A DNA stretch of 64,000 nucleotides, taken from assembly GCF_964355755.1 (NCBI RefSeq), contig NC_092679.1, positions 24,163,432 through 24,227,431 of the forward strand, written 5' to 3'. This DNA is from Antedon mediterranea. Its lineage: Eukaryota; Animalia; Echinodermata. Position numbers and translations under genes: made by a program. Positions 24,801 to 34,052 of this stretch are shown piece after piece; positions within the stretch are counted from its first letter, which is position 1; each line of letters opens with the position of its first letter. The notes below the pieces were generated by a model, which made no database searches, had not been told where the DNA came from, and saw only the letters and a list, made by a program, of their open reading frames with translations.

Positions 24801-25208
24801 TTAATTCATATTTTAGGGTGGGGTGCCATTCTCAGATTTCCATCCTCCCTAATTCATCTCCTACAGGCTCAGTAATCCTAAAAACAATTAAAAGGTTTTA
24901 AATTTACTGTACATACCTGATAAAACATGCTGAACTAAATTACTAGCCTTTTCCACTGCAATTACCACTTTATCTTGTCTCTCTGAATTTAATTTACTAA
25001 TATCATAATAGTACGGAGTAATCCGTATGTTTTTGTATACAGCACTTGCATCTCGTTTATTTCGCGTTGGATCAGCATAGTTAAGGGTTGCACTGTGAAC
25101 GTGAGTAGTTGGCTGTTCATCATGAATGCATTTATGAACAGCCTGTTGGTGGGATTCAACCATTGATAGAATAATCAGAATGTTTGAGAACCATAAAACA
25201 TAGTTCAT
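6880..25208 (-). CDS. CIROP: Leishmanolysin-like (M8) metallopeptidase, CIROP/LMLN2-like, type I membrane, about 726 aa, 17 coding exons
   Basis: Exons 25208-24917, 24681-24594, 24280-24229, 23202-23062, 22538-22425, 22117-22039 (HEMFHILGF zinc motif), 21562-21414, 18550-18485 ([15 protein letters not shown]: third His and Met-turn), 17872-17703 ([15 protein letters not shown]), 17449-17362 ([12 protein letters not shown]), 16723-16625, 16344-16219, 16112-15974, 11486-11342, 11178-11093, 10807-10705, 7123-6880 ([24 protein letters not shown] plus tail). All junctions are GT-AG and phase-compatible, and there is an N-terminal signal peptide. LDPITLA and GCHYLH match my recollection of CIROP rather than invadolysin; the symbol needs phylogenetic confirmation. 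Confidence 0.88.
7528..10650 (+). mobile_element. Full-length RTE-clade LINE, antisense in the last intron of the CIROP-like gene
   Basis: Single intact ORF, short (TAGA) tail after the stop, and candidate 8-bp TSD TGTTAAAG at 7520-7527 and 10651-10658. Confidence 0.92.
7617..10637 (+). CDS. RTE LINE ORF: APE endonuclease plus reverse transcriptase (1006 aa)
   Basis: APE motifs [30 protein letters not shown] motifs [41 protein letters not shown]-type end WRWAGHVAR...FIQQW. Confidence 0.96.
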   Translation: MEKVYIGGRRAHGHNGRNISCNSTSKSIEGASSSYDVLQSKPSGSCKMDECNKSGHNGKTEINICTYNVRTLRNKENIESLLEELDGFKWDVIGLAETKIHGEGLTELEGGVWLYNRGKTEQDKNAKGIGFLIHTKFKDYVKEVKSVSNRVAYMMVQLTGKTEMCIIQVYAPTSDYDDAVVEELYEDINKIMTDFPSTYTILMGDFNAKIGQREEGEENIMGTFGLGERNKRGVRMVEFAMEHNLNVANTYFKKHKTRYWTWESPNRKHKNQIDYILSNQRGIIQNCEVITSVDIASDHRMVRATLKINKRLARLKFIQNKKKRRINIMKLKENREEFQLKIKNRFAGLELEESDIDEQCNMVTTIMLEEARAVAPAEKKKVQRSEEDKEIEELDQRRKELRLKETMSVHEKVEYAEVVKTVKKKRRQRKRRRTAKFILESLERGRGPKTIQKKQCKKSRMSKLKKKDGTETSKRSELLDICADFYQDLYKSSTQQSEHINISSRNTDIPPILEKEVEEALKSMKDDKAPGKDELTSDIIKQGGEEIIQQLIKLFNQILVIQKIPRAWKEAKIILLFKKGDKADVKNYRPISLLSHLYKIFTKIIHNRIRDVLDNNQPREQAGFRAGYSTIDHLQAINQLIEKASEYQLKLCLGFVDYQKAFDSIDHLDMFEALRKINVDEGYVRIIEDIYTDAIARIHIDNDISREVHIQRGVRQGDTLSPKIFTATIEEVFKKAQLNGGITIDGEMLTDLRFADDVALISTSVADMKNQLSSLNKESKSIGLTMHKDKTKYMTNFDTQEDIEIEGRKLEKVEEYKYLGQTLKMEDTTKEEVMLRTKAGWMNFGRHKHMLTDKSIPMSLRKKLFNQCVLSSMTYGSETWAITKELEQKLTTTQRAMERKMMNLSLRDRVNHTIIRKKTGVTDIMEKVRQSKWRWAGHVARFQDNRWTYRLTEWQPRVGKRKRGRQKRRWRDDLTTYIGTAAWTRTARIRQKWKCYEEGFIQQWMN
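11836..12003 (-). mobile_element. Solo pseudo-LTR of Penelope-like family B, flanked by (TA)n
   Basis: Near-identical to 14006-14165 and to the terminus (14184-14352) of the GIY-YIG fragment; contains the hammerhead motif. Confidence 0.85.
11965..12003 (-). ncRNA. Minimal type I hammerhead ribozyme (family B pLTR)
   Basis: Minus strand TTGCA-CTGATGA-A-GGGC-tagtgtt-GCCC-GAAA-GC-TC-TGC: conserved core boxes, stem II, palindromic AGCT stem III, and a short stem I. Confidence 0.8.
12055..12102 (-). ncRNA. Type I hammerhead ribozyme (family A 3' end)
   Basis: Minus strand TCTC-CTGATGA-GTGAGT-tgcacg-ACTCAC-GAAA-CA-agcc-TG-TA-GAGA: perfect 6-bp stem II, GUA cleavage triplet, stem I TCTC/GAGA. Confidence 0.85.
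12186..13793 (-). CDS. Penelope-like RT/GIY-YIG endonuclease (partial ORF)
   Basis: [59 protein letters not shown]. Confidence 0.9.
   Translation of the reverse strand: MNIADRVDTTANKDAFITLKDHKPNFTNKPTCRLINPTKSEIGKISKTILDRINSKITSKLRTNQWKNTSLVIEWFKSIDKKQQHNFICFDIVEFYPSISNDLLNKALDFANRYDDITNDERDIIVHTKTSILSHKQQPWQKKGPTAFDVTMGSYDGAETCELVGSFLLHQLQQKLGINIGLYRDDGLAVTDTTPKSTENIKKDICQIFKDNGLRITIEANKQVINFLDVTLNLARNTYQLYTKPNATLQYIHQQSNHPPTILKNIPAGINKRLSSLSSDKNSFNQAAPVYQKTLNDSGYQYTLKYEPVTQTRRKNRQRKDILWYNPPFSKKFLSLVDKHFPKDNKLRKIFNRNTIKISYSCMNNMKQIIDSHNKRILNQPETTSMENTQEIKTCNCRQKNTCPLNGNCLHSSIIYQATVTRKDKSTSETYIGLTENDFKTRYRNHTSSFRHTRSRNSTELSKHIWTLKDNNTDYSITWRILTSTKAYSSANKKCNLCLKGKLFIIRHPELSTLNKRNKLVSACRHRKKALLHNS
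14006..14165 (-). mobile_element. Second pLTR copy of Penelope-like family B (truncated within the hammerhead)
   Basis: Same sequence as 11836-11995, with (TA)n on both sides. Confidence 0.85.
14184..15114 (-). mobile_element. Penelope-like family B 3' fragment (GIY-YIG endonuclease plus pLTR; Neptune-like by inference)
   Basis: ORF 14527..15147: [38 protein letters not shown]...RMTQH...VAEHF...PFGLN. Terminal repeat at 14184-14352; (TA)n at both ends. Confidence 0.9.
14313..14352 (-). ncRNA. Minimal hammerhead ribozyme (family B, element-attached copy)
   Basis: Same CTGATGA...GGGC/GCCC...GAAAGCTCTGC motif as 11965-12003. Confidence 0.8.
15244..15315 (-). tRNA. tRNA-like cloverleaf, anticodon ATC (Asp-like), within a repeat element; probably a pseudo-tRNA
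   Basis: GCCCCAG/TTGGGGC acceptor stem, GTCT/GGAC D-stem, TCTGC-ATATCAA-GCAGG anticodon arm, CCGAG-TTCGAGT-CTCGG T-arm, then a TTTTT terminator. Confidence 0.7.
15608..15679 (-). tRNA. Second tRNA-like copy (D-stem mismatch)
   Basis: Same as 15244-15315 except GGAC>GGCC in the D-stem. Confidence 0.6.
16797..17077. mobile_element. MITE with imperfect ~40-bp terminal inverted repeats
   Basis: GCCAACTTAGACAGTGTCGTACGACAAGGCC ... GGCCTGGTGGTACGACGTAGTCTGAGTTGGC. Confidence 0.6.
18905..19700 (+). pseudogene. Degraded tandem duplicate of the 20055 Ig-like gene
   Basis: Aligns with ~19930-20725 including upstream sequence. Start codon is GTG; it has stops and frameshifts (ORF pieces 19049..19231 and 19426..19632). 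Confidence 0.85.
20055..21107 (+). CDS. Intronless signal-peptide protein with divergent Ig-like domains, nested antisense in an intron of the CIROP-like gene
   Basis: 350-aa ORF with signal peptide. Ig-type C...W...YxC patterns ([32 protein letters not shown]), a T-rich stalk and a short hydrophobic C-terminus. Confidence 0.65.
   Translation: MSLKSFNSVFVMVICLLIFRHGVADKFVQFDNYYYYYHYSYSSVQSVKIIPSSEIYQFVKTITTDFTIKDNSEKHLSHYYWTEKPTTVKCSLLISFLDQQGLYTCQDDDQLQYIIHSSDVGWTRQRNRKTFSCEGLKDIIDGEQFVVPCKISRLDGESEVTSGWIQGNHSIIHSFKSDTGSDVRYNQTFKGFYSGEGLLFYCVLSFAQYNNYNIKTWCNTLTLKVHSRLIVEVKRLYKMSDTSPVLNCFKIKCYAEGRFGDNKIYHWSLNGDKLSEDDENQPSERCFNNLQAGKYTVKCLVSTDVQNTSAEIEFTTKDVQNVSAETTDNNTSTTIITILAIIGRIGVLKS
24470..24560. 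repeat. Short ~15-bp GGTAGTTGTCC tandem array (probable non-autonomous DNA element remnant)
   Basis: About 6 imperfect copies read directly. Confidence 0.6.
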
Positions 25209-27448
25209 GATGAACTATTTGTACAAGCATATCAATTCTATATAGTAACAGAACTAATGCTTAACCATTGATGGAGACTTTGCCCATGTTTATTTTTGTT
25301 TGCAATGATTTGTACATAGTGACATGAACTAGAGCATGGCGACTGTAAATTAACTGGAAAATTACTTTCTTTCTTTCCTGTAAAAACAAAAACAATATGG
25401 TTTGTGGAGTATGAAGCAGGAATTATACATTTTTATCAATTATAAATAGGGTTATCAAAATAAATGAATGACTGGCATTACACGGAGAAAGCTTTTAACT
25501 AAGTACATTTGAATCGCCCGTTTGTTATGGGATTGGGGTAATTGGGTAACAAAATGACCAGACTGAGAATTTTACTGGGGAACTTTTTATAGTTCGAAAG
25601 TTCCCAGAGTTTGTAGACTTTTCCTGAGTTTTCATTATATTTCTCCCCTGAAAAAATTATTTGTTTACATTATTTGTTGATGAATATGCCATTTTAATGG
25701 AGCTATGCTAGGCCTGTGCTCTATGCCTTATTCTAGGCAATGCCTACTAAAGTAGTTGACTGAAGGAGAAGAAGTATAGGCCTAGCTAGCCTCCTACTAC
25801 TAGCCTGACTGTGAGCTATAAGTAATCTAGCTATGGATGCACTGCTGGTCACTGCTTATCTAAATAAAGGCCTAGCTAGTACACTAGCCTACTAGGTAGG
25901 CCTAGTCTAGCCTGGCCGGCGCTGACTGAGATAATATAGAATGCCTGAATGCATAGATTAGCAACGCATTACTGTAGTTCAAATAGTATTAAAATGATTC
26001 ATATTAACATACTTTACCCTCTCTTTTATTATTCTTTGGACGACACAAAAAGTTAACCCAACTCAACTTCACTTCTTCTTTGTTTACATTTCCTTCCTTG
26101 AATTTGTGAAAGCGCCATCAACGTTTTGATAGTGAAAACTTTTGTGAAGAAAAGAAAATTATTCGAATGTTCTTCATAATAAGAGTTTTGCTCTTCAAAG
26201 TACGCTACTATCAAATCAGTTAGGCCTTTCTGGTATTTATCTGGTATTGGTAGGCTAAATTTTTTTAATAATTTCTAATTATTGGAGTCTACCTATTATA
26301 TTTAGTAATAACTCTTTTCGTTTACACTTTTTTTAATCAAAAATTCTAAATCTACAATCCGTTCCAATCCATTTATGAATATCCTAGTCTTCTAGATTAT
26401 TCCACTAAACTATCATCACAATTGATCGATCAGTCAATTACAAAAGCAAAATCGATCTTTAAGATTGTTATTCGGTGTACCATTAGGGTACTCGTTCGTA
26501 CTGTCTGTACGCAATTATGTTCCTCTTGTTTACCGATCATCATCTGCCGAACATTCGTTTTCAAAGCTTGGCCCGTGGAATAACCTCACTAAAACAATAC
26601 GCAATTCAAGTCAATGGCAAATATTTTATTTTAAAAATTCCTTGTGTCTTAGCTTAAGTGAAATGTTGTCCTATAAAGGCATCCTTCTATGTTATACTAT
26701 TTCATTTCAATCTCTAAGTTTTGATCTACTTTTTTATTTTGTATATTATGGAAAATAAATGAAATTAATGAATGAGTGAAGGAAAACACAATTTTTCCTA
26801 ATTTTCAAAATAATGATTGGTTATTGTACGAAGCTATAAATGATAATGTTAATGGTTAATGTAACTAATACTAAAAATATAAATAATAAAGTTTCCGATT
26901 ACACTCTTTCCATCTACACATTTATTCTCTTTTTTGTGTGTGTTGTTCTATGTATATTTTACCGTAAGTATGGATACTTATACCGTACGATAAGCCAGAG
27001 ATATATGTCTCTAAATAAGCTTACATTCGATGAAGATTAGAGATTTGTATCCGATCTGTTTTTGCTTCAAAGAAAGATGTGCATGAGATGGTGGCTCTCC
27101 ATCAAGTCTGTGTTCCCGCGACTGTCATTTATTTCCGTACAAGATAATACAAAATGAAGCAAAAGCTGAAAACATTGTATTTACAAACGATATAAAAAAA
27201 CACATTACTACCATTTATAGTAATGAAAAAGAAGTTTAAAAAAACATATAAAATTGTCAATTGTATAATGTGTAAAGGATTTAACAAATGATACACGTCG
27301 TTCCTTATGGAATACAATGGAAGGGGATCTGCTCCAGTTAACAGAAGGCCTATCTATTAAAATAATATGTTCATTTAAAGATCCCTTTTCATCTTCTCAG
27401 ACTAAATCGAATCGAATTTCAATTCGTGATACTGATTAGTGTACTTAA

Positions 27449-30400
27449 CTACACAGTTAAGTTCAAAGATGTTATATCTGATAAAACATCTAATCTTTCC
27501 ATGTTTTTGAATATTTCTAGAATTTCTTCAAGATCATGCTTTTCATCACCAGACCTTGTAGATTCCCAGATATTAAGCAGCTCATTGGTCGGACTAAAAA
27601 TCAGACCTTTACGAAGCTGATCCTCCCATTGGTGAATGCAGTCGTCGTAACCAATGGAGTAGGCTAGGTGTTTCCAGTCTTTTCCGAGTGTGTTAGGCAC
27701 GTCCAGCTTCTTTCGGATGCTTTCCCGTAAAGGGTAGGGCAACAGAAGACGTCTACGAACGAGTCTAGTATTTGGAACTTTTTCAGGTTCAGCAGATTTC
27801 TGTAAAAAGAAAATACTATGATAAACAATGTTGGTATTAGTATTAATAGTGGTAACAAATCTTACAGGCCGCGTATGTATAACAGTACCAGTTACTGACT
27901 GAACTGTTTTGATTCGCATAAGAAAAAAAAAAACATTTTTAAACATGCAACTGCTCTCACTGACGACGTTCAAACTATTGTATCTTCGGTGTCAGTTTCG
28001 TCGTAGTATGTATGCCACAGTAGTAATGTAGGTGGCATGCAAGAGTGTTTGAAGCAACAACTACACTGCATGAAATAACAAGTCATGTAAACATATTATA
28101 CCTGCGTTTTTACTAGTACATCGATAATTTTACCATGCGATTCTTCACGCTCATCTTGAGTCACGTGTACACGACATTTCGTTGACGTCACCATTTTATC
28201 TTTATCGTACTCAAGTAGATATACACATGGAACTCGCACATTTTCAATTAAACATTTCCTTGAAATTACCTAATAGTTAAAAATTGTGACTGGAATATTA
28301 GCTTCACAATGTTTGTGTTTGTTTTAGTTTTAAATATTATACTGTACTTTATCAGTGACGCATTTCCACTTATGAAGGGGCGTACATAAAATGTAAACAA
28401 AAAACATCAAACGAATAAATTTCTACTAAAAACCACCAATGCAAGTTCAGAATCATTGGTACTGTTATGGCAATGGGCTACAGAGACTGAGTTGTACGAG
28501 CATATTGTGCTTGCCGTTCATTTCTATACTTATTCATCATACAACAATAGGCCTAACAAATAGTTCAATCACAATTTCAATAGGCCTACGGATACATGAC
28601 TCGTAAAAATAGTATGATTGTTCTCATTGCCAAACAAAATTATACAAAACAATATTCCTCCGCCAAACGAATATGGTAGGTTGTTAAATTCCAATACTTA
28701 ATTGTGAGGTTACCTGTTTGGTTTTACCTCCAGTCACTGTCCAATCACCTTCAGGGTTTAAGAGAACAGTTAAGTCACTGACATGCGCAAACAGGAACGG
28801 GGTTGTAGGCGAGCACATGGAACCGTTGAGAAGACGTTCATCTTCCAAAATGAGCTTGCAAATGACAATTGATAAATTTTATTTACTAAATTAAAAAAAA
28901 TTGTTTTACGTTTAAAATTTCTATAATGTATTTGATGTTTTACTTTTTAAATATCACGTCATAGTCAAAACAGGCTGCTGGTTGTGTAAACTATAAAGTC
29001 AAAAACTTCAGCCTGCAACTTTACACTTATCTTTGTTATTATCATGGTTTATGTTGTAATGATCATTTGCATGATGGGATTTGCTTTCACTTTTCACTAG
29101 ACCTAAATGTCGCTGCATTAATAAGTTTATGTATGAAGTACCAAACATTTACGAAAGTAGAACACATGTTACTAGTTCTATAAAAAAAAACAACATACAT
29201 ATCTAGCATCAGGAGTTTGGTTGGAGCAATACAGACGAACCTGTAAGTAATACTCATCTTCCTGCATTTGTGACGAAAACAACATCAGATCAAGCCACTT
29301 TTCTTGGACAATAGGTACAGATTCTTGTTCACACTGTACTACAGTAGTGTGTCCAGTAAAGTGAGGCAGCATCAGAGTCACTGTGTTCCCTTTAACTAGC
29401 GTTAATGAATCATTGTCGTCAGAGAGGTTATAGAAATTTGGAATTTGATCTGGTTCTGTTTCTGTTCGCAGCGTAATCAATTCAACATTGTTGTTTATAA
29501 TGTTGGCACAGTGTTGATACGACAGTAATACTCTTTCGTTAAACTTCATTCCAGAAGGACCACAGAATACAACCGGGCTTGTTGCCATCATATTCGAAGT
29601 TATCCCTAAACTATTCTGGTTTCCATTGTGTAAATATATGTATATTAACTGAGGTGTTGGTTGCTGAATGGCACCGGGTGGTATCAACAAGGTTATACCC
29701 GCTTCTTCAAACGTTAACGAACCACCACGTTTGTCAAAAATACCAGCTCGAAAATACGGAAGGCAGAACGCGTTCTGGTCATAATTCGTAGAAGTTAAAG
29801 CACTTTTCCAAACTTCTGCTTTCTCAATACATGTTCTAAAGGCACTATCTTTATTAATAATTTCACATTCTGTCTCAACGTATAGATATCCTTCGTTGAC
29901 ATTGCCCGTTTCTCTTTGAAGAACATTGCTATTGAGTTCAACTGTTTCCAAATCATTTAAATCTTGTATTTGTGACTCAGAATTCTCTTTATGAGGTCTA
30001 GATTTACGTCTGCGATGGAAAATTGCTGCAAATCCAAAAAAACAGTTATGATTCATAAGAATTAATATGATATACCGAAAAACAACAGGTTTAAATCGTC
30101 TATTAATAAATACATTTTATTTATTTATTACGGAATAAAACAACATATAATAAACAACAAGCAGCCCAAAAGCCGAAAACGTTAAACTTACAAAAATACA
30201 ATTGGATAAAACATATAGACTATGTATATAAGAGTTACACTTAGGCTATAGATGTAACATAACATTGCACACATCTAGAGGAGCCATATTCTAAAATTCG
30301 TGTTCATCTCAACCACAACACACCAATCATGGTGATGCTGAGATGGGTTTGGACTCTCCAACTGATAAACGGCCGCAAACAAAAATAATCACATTCAGAT

Positions 30401-31159
30401 GCCCTCCATTTAGGCCTACTCTAAATCCATTTATTAACAATCTATCAGCTGGCACAATAATATTTTGTTATTAAGGATTAACTTTTCTATTAACAGTATG
30501 TTTTCAAATATTCACATTCTCCTTATGACGCACATGATTGAAAGCATCTAACAATAGTGCAGGGTTAAACACAGACGTCAATACTATTAATAACACATAT
30601 AACAAATACAATACTGTATCCAGCATTACTCATGCAACAAACATGTAGGTTCAGTTTATTTTTAATAAACGTAGTATAGCTACAACGCCTTTACCAATAC
30701 ACAATGTATACAGCATACTAAGTTTGATCTTTAAGATGACGTTAGCATTCCATTATAGTTATTCTTTATCCCCGCCTGAGTTAATCGAGGCTTCAAGTTT
30801 TATAAATATAAAATAAATAAAATACCATGACTAATTGTTATTTGTACATTTGAATAATCAAGTATGTTTAAAAGAAATCCACAACTTGAAAAGCTAAAAA
30901 AAACCGCACTTTTTTTATAGACCGTGTTACCGGTAATAATTATCACGGTGGTTACCGTACTTTATCATGGAAAGCACAAAAAACACATATACATACCTAT
31001 CAACGGTGGTAGAACAGCGAAAAGAAAAAAAGCAATCAGAACACATGACACGAGTAGAACTATACCACTACCTTCTACGGCTAAGCAGCACTCACAGTTG
31101 GCACACGAATAAGGTGTGAAATAAGGTGTGACATCTGTTTGATTGTAATCTTCCTCCAT
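27449..31159 (-). CDS. UNC5C-like (UNC5CL/ZUD-type) TM-ZU5-UPA-Death domain protein, about 549 aa, 5 coding exons
   Basis: Exons 31159-30997 (MEEDY...TM), 30025-29199 (ZU5: GGSLTFEEAGITLLIPPGAI, SPVVFCGPSGMKF, QHCA, HFT), 28854-28714, 28269-28102, 27799-27449 (Death: LDVPNTLGKDWKHLA, SPTNELLNIWE, MERLDV). GT-AG and phase-consistent. Confidence 0.88.
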
Positions 31160-31649
31160 ATTAGCAAAATCTATTGCATTGCATTCCACTATTCATAGTT
31201 TTCTTATGACCCACTAAAACGATAGAAACATAGAATTTCTATATATAGTATACAGTTCCATGGACTAGAGAGTTCTTTAGTCCATAGTTCTGATGACGAA
31301 CAAATTGTGCAATATCCGATAGAGACGTCAGCAACATACTCTATTTAAGAATCATTCAGGCAACAAATAGGTTCCTTTCGGCTTTGTTACAGCCGCTTAT
31401 TGTCGGAACAACAATTCACCGGAAATGTAGTAAAACCTCCAGCTAATGTAGAAACACCAACAGCTTATGTAGTAAATAAAAAATCAACAGCAGCTAATTT
31501 AGCACAGTCAACGGCTAATATGTAGTAGCGGAAGTTGCCTTCCAGCTAATGTATTTACTATCGCCAGCAAATGTAGAACATTGTATATATTAATTGACAA
31601 ACCTATGTCTAAATGTGTGCAAATGCATCTCTTGCTTAGCTATCACCTC

Positions 31650-31860
31650 TCATAAGCGATCAGCTCCCCAATACGACCATCTATCGTAAGCGACCACCTT
31701 TGTCAACGACTAACTCTTCAAATAATCGTTAAAGAAAACCTCTCGTAAGCGACCACAACTTTAAACGACCACCTTTTGTATATAACCGCTTCTCATAATA
31801 GGTGACCACTTCGTCACCTCTTGTCAGGAATCGTGACGACAACCTTTCGTTAACAAGCTC
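31650..31860. repeat. Degenerate DNA-transposon/MITE remnant with repeated TAAGCGACCAC motifs
   Basis: Motif at ~31653, 31687, 31746 and 31762, with further degenerate copies. Confidence 0.45.
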
Positions 31861-32339
31861 GTTTTTTAGTATTCTTTGGCTTCTTTTCAAGATGGGCTTC
31901 TTCTTTTTTAGATTACTTTTGCGAACTAAAGAGGGGGCTTCTTTTCGAAATGAGTGCTGTAAAGTTTGTAAATTGCTACTACAATACTGTAATTGTTTAG
32001 ACATTACCTGCCAATTTTACATAGTTTGTGATCAAAATACCATTTTAAACTGTAAAATAAATGTATGATATAAATCATCATCATACATTATAGGCCTATC
32101 TGCATCAAGTTATCTGGCATTAAATCATCTTGTTCCTTTGATATTCAAAAATCTCAAAAAGAATCCCATACTATCTTAAAGAAAAGCTCAGTGGGCTTGA
32201 TTTCGAGATGGGATTATTTTCGAAAAGAACTTGAATATAAGAGTATACTGTAGTTCTTACGTTGCGTCGTTGAGTTTCAGCTGGAGTTGTTTCTAGTGGA
32301 AACCAAGTTTTAGTGGCCGCTGGGACTGTTTCTGCTGCA

Positions 32340-32597
32340 TAGCGCCGAATAAACCGTTAACAAAATTAGGCCGATCGCGTTTCTGATCCAAAATAAACCG
32401 TTTACATTGGATGGTTGTTAACTAATAACGTTAACATTAACCAAAATGCAATGCGATCCTGAGGTCAAACGTTCAAGATACTACAGCTCTCAATAAAATA
32501 ACCGTTATGTTGGCGTTACAGACATCGATAACCGGTTCAAATCGCGTTCTAACACCGAGTCAACTGGTCGTTTTAACCGTTATATTCGGGCTGCTAT
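32340..32597. mobile_element. Probable MITE with imperfect TIRs
   Basis: TAGCGCCGAATAAACCGTTAA ... TTAACCGTTATATTCGGGCTGCTA. Confidence 0.5.
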
Positions 32598-32986
32598 AAG
32601 TTAGGCCTATTAACAATTTGTCCTGTATCTGCTTCCAAAAAGTTTGGGTTAATTTATACAATATAAGTCCATGTCGACACAATTCAATATTTGATTGCAA
32701 AGTTTTTCATATTTATACAAATCATCAATCTCAGTTTCGATTGACAGAAATTCATCTCTGCCAGAGGCACACAGAGCTATGAATCTAATTCAACATCGAA
32801 GCTATTCAATACATAAATCAATATCAGTTTGACCGACACATATCAATCTTTAAGTGTTTTACCGTTACAAAACGTAATCTCAGTCTCGGTTGACGTAACT
32901 ACTAATTTCTCAGGCAAAATTAGTCTATGTAAATGATGATACTCAAATTATATTAATTCTCAAATATTTACAAACGAAAAACCAAT

Positions 32987-33777
32987 TCATTGACAGAAGA
33001 CCGAAATGATGTCTTCTTTTATTTTACTAATACCACGTTGAAAGTCTTTGTACACGAGGCAATAGATAAACGGATTAACCATCATATTTATAGCAAAACA
33101 TAACATAGAAACGTTGTACACAGTGTTCTGAACTTCATAACTCCATAAATATAACGTCAGTAAACCAATAAAATGTGGAGGTAATGTAACAACATACACT
33201 GTTCCTATTAAAACAAGAGTTTTTATCAAATTCAAATTATTTGGTCTGACGCTTGGCTGATGTGATTGCGGTACTATTTTATTGATTGACATTTTTAACG
33301 TTAACATCATTTTCAGGTAACTGTATTTCCTAATAATTGAAAACCTACAGGAGAGAAGGAACCACAAACGTATGATGAAATAATCGAAGAATATGTATTC
33401 TTTTTACTAAGACCCCTCTTACGATAATATACTGGATAGATAATAGCAATGTATTTTTCAATTGTAAGCGTAATAAAGTTCTGTGTAGATGCTGCTGTCA
33501 AAGCGAAAAAAACAATATGTAGTTTACAAATAGTTTCTGTAATGTTACCAGGACAAATAAACAACAAAAATGCCAACGACCCCAACAGATCAATAATGGT
33601 CTGGTTTAAAAGTAGTTTAAGCGACAGAAACTTCTTGTACGTTTTGTTGTAAACAAAAACAGCTATAGCAATAGAGTTTCCAATTATACCCGTCGACGAC
33701 GCAACAATCCATCGAAATATTACTAGAACCAAATGATCCTGCCGCATTTCGCTAAATAAAGTGTCATTTACAGCCAT
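32987..33777 (-). pseudogene. Intronless rhodopsin-family GPCR, disrupted by an internal deletion and frameshift
   Basis: 33777..33313 gives TM1 (GIIGN), TM2 (NQTIIDL), TM3 (TIEKYIAIIYP) and TM4. Overlapping frame 33367..32987 gives the end of TM5 (YSYLKM), TM6 and TM7 (NPFIY). ECL2 and most of TM5 are absent. Confidence 0.8.
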
Positions 33778-33932
33778 TTATCGGCGCTATACAATCTTTG
33801 GTGATACACTGCTATGGGTGGCCTGCTACCTACAGTAGCCTCTACCTTAGCCGACTGTATCCTGGTAAACCCACTTGTTGTTTGATGGTTTTAAACAATT
33901 GCAAAGCTATCTGTTTGTTGTTAATCACTATC

Positions 33933-34052
33933 AATAAGCAACTTCGATAACTTTGGAGGGCGCCATATTTCAAAGGTCAATCGATGGAACTATTTTTGTT
34001 CCGTTTGACCTTTTAAATATGGCGCCCTCCAAAGTTATCGAAGTCGCTTATT
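33933..34052. repeat. 120-bp near-perfect hairpin (palindromic MITE-like)
   Basis: AATAAGCAACTTCGATAACTTTGGAGGGCGCCATATTTCAAAGGTCAA is answered by TTGACCTTTTAAATATGGCGCCCTCCAAAGTTATCGAAGTCGCTTATT, plus an inner GGAAC/GTTCC pair. Confidence 0.9.
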
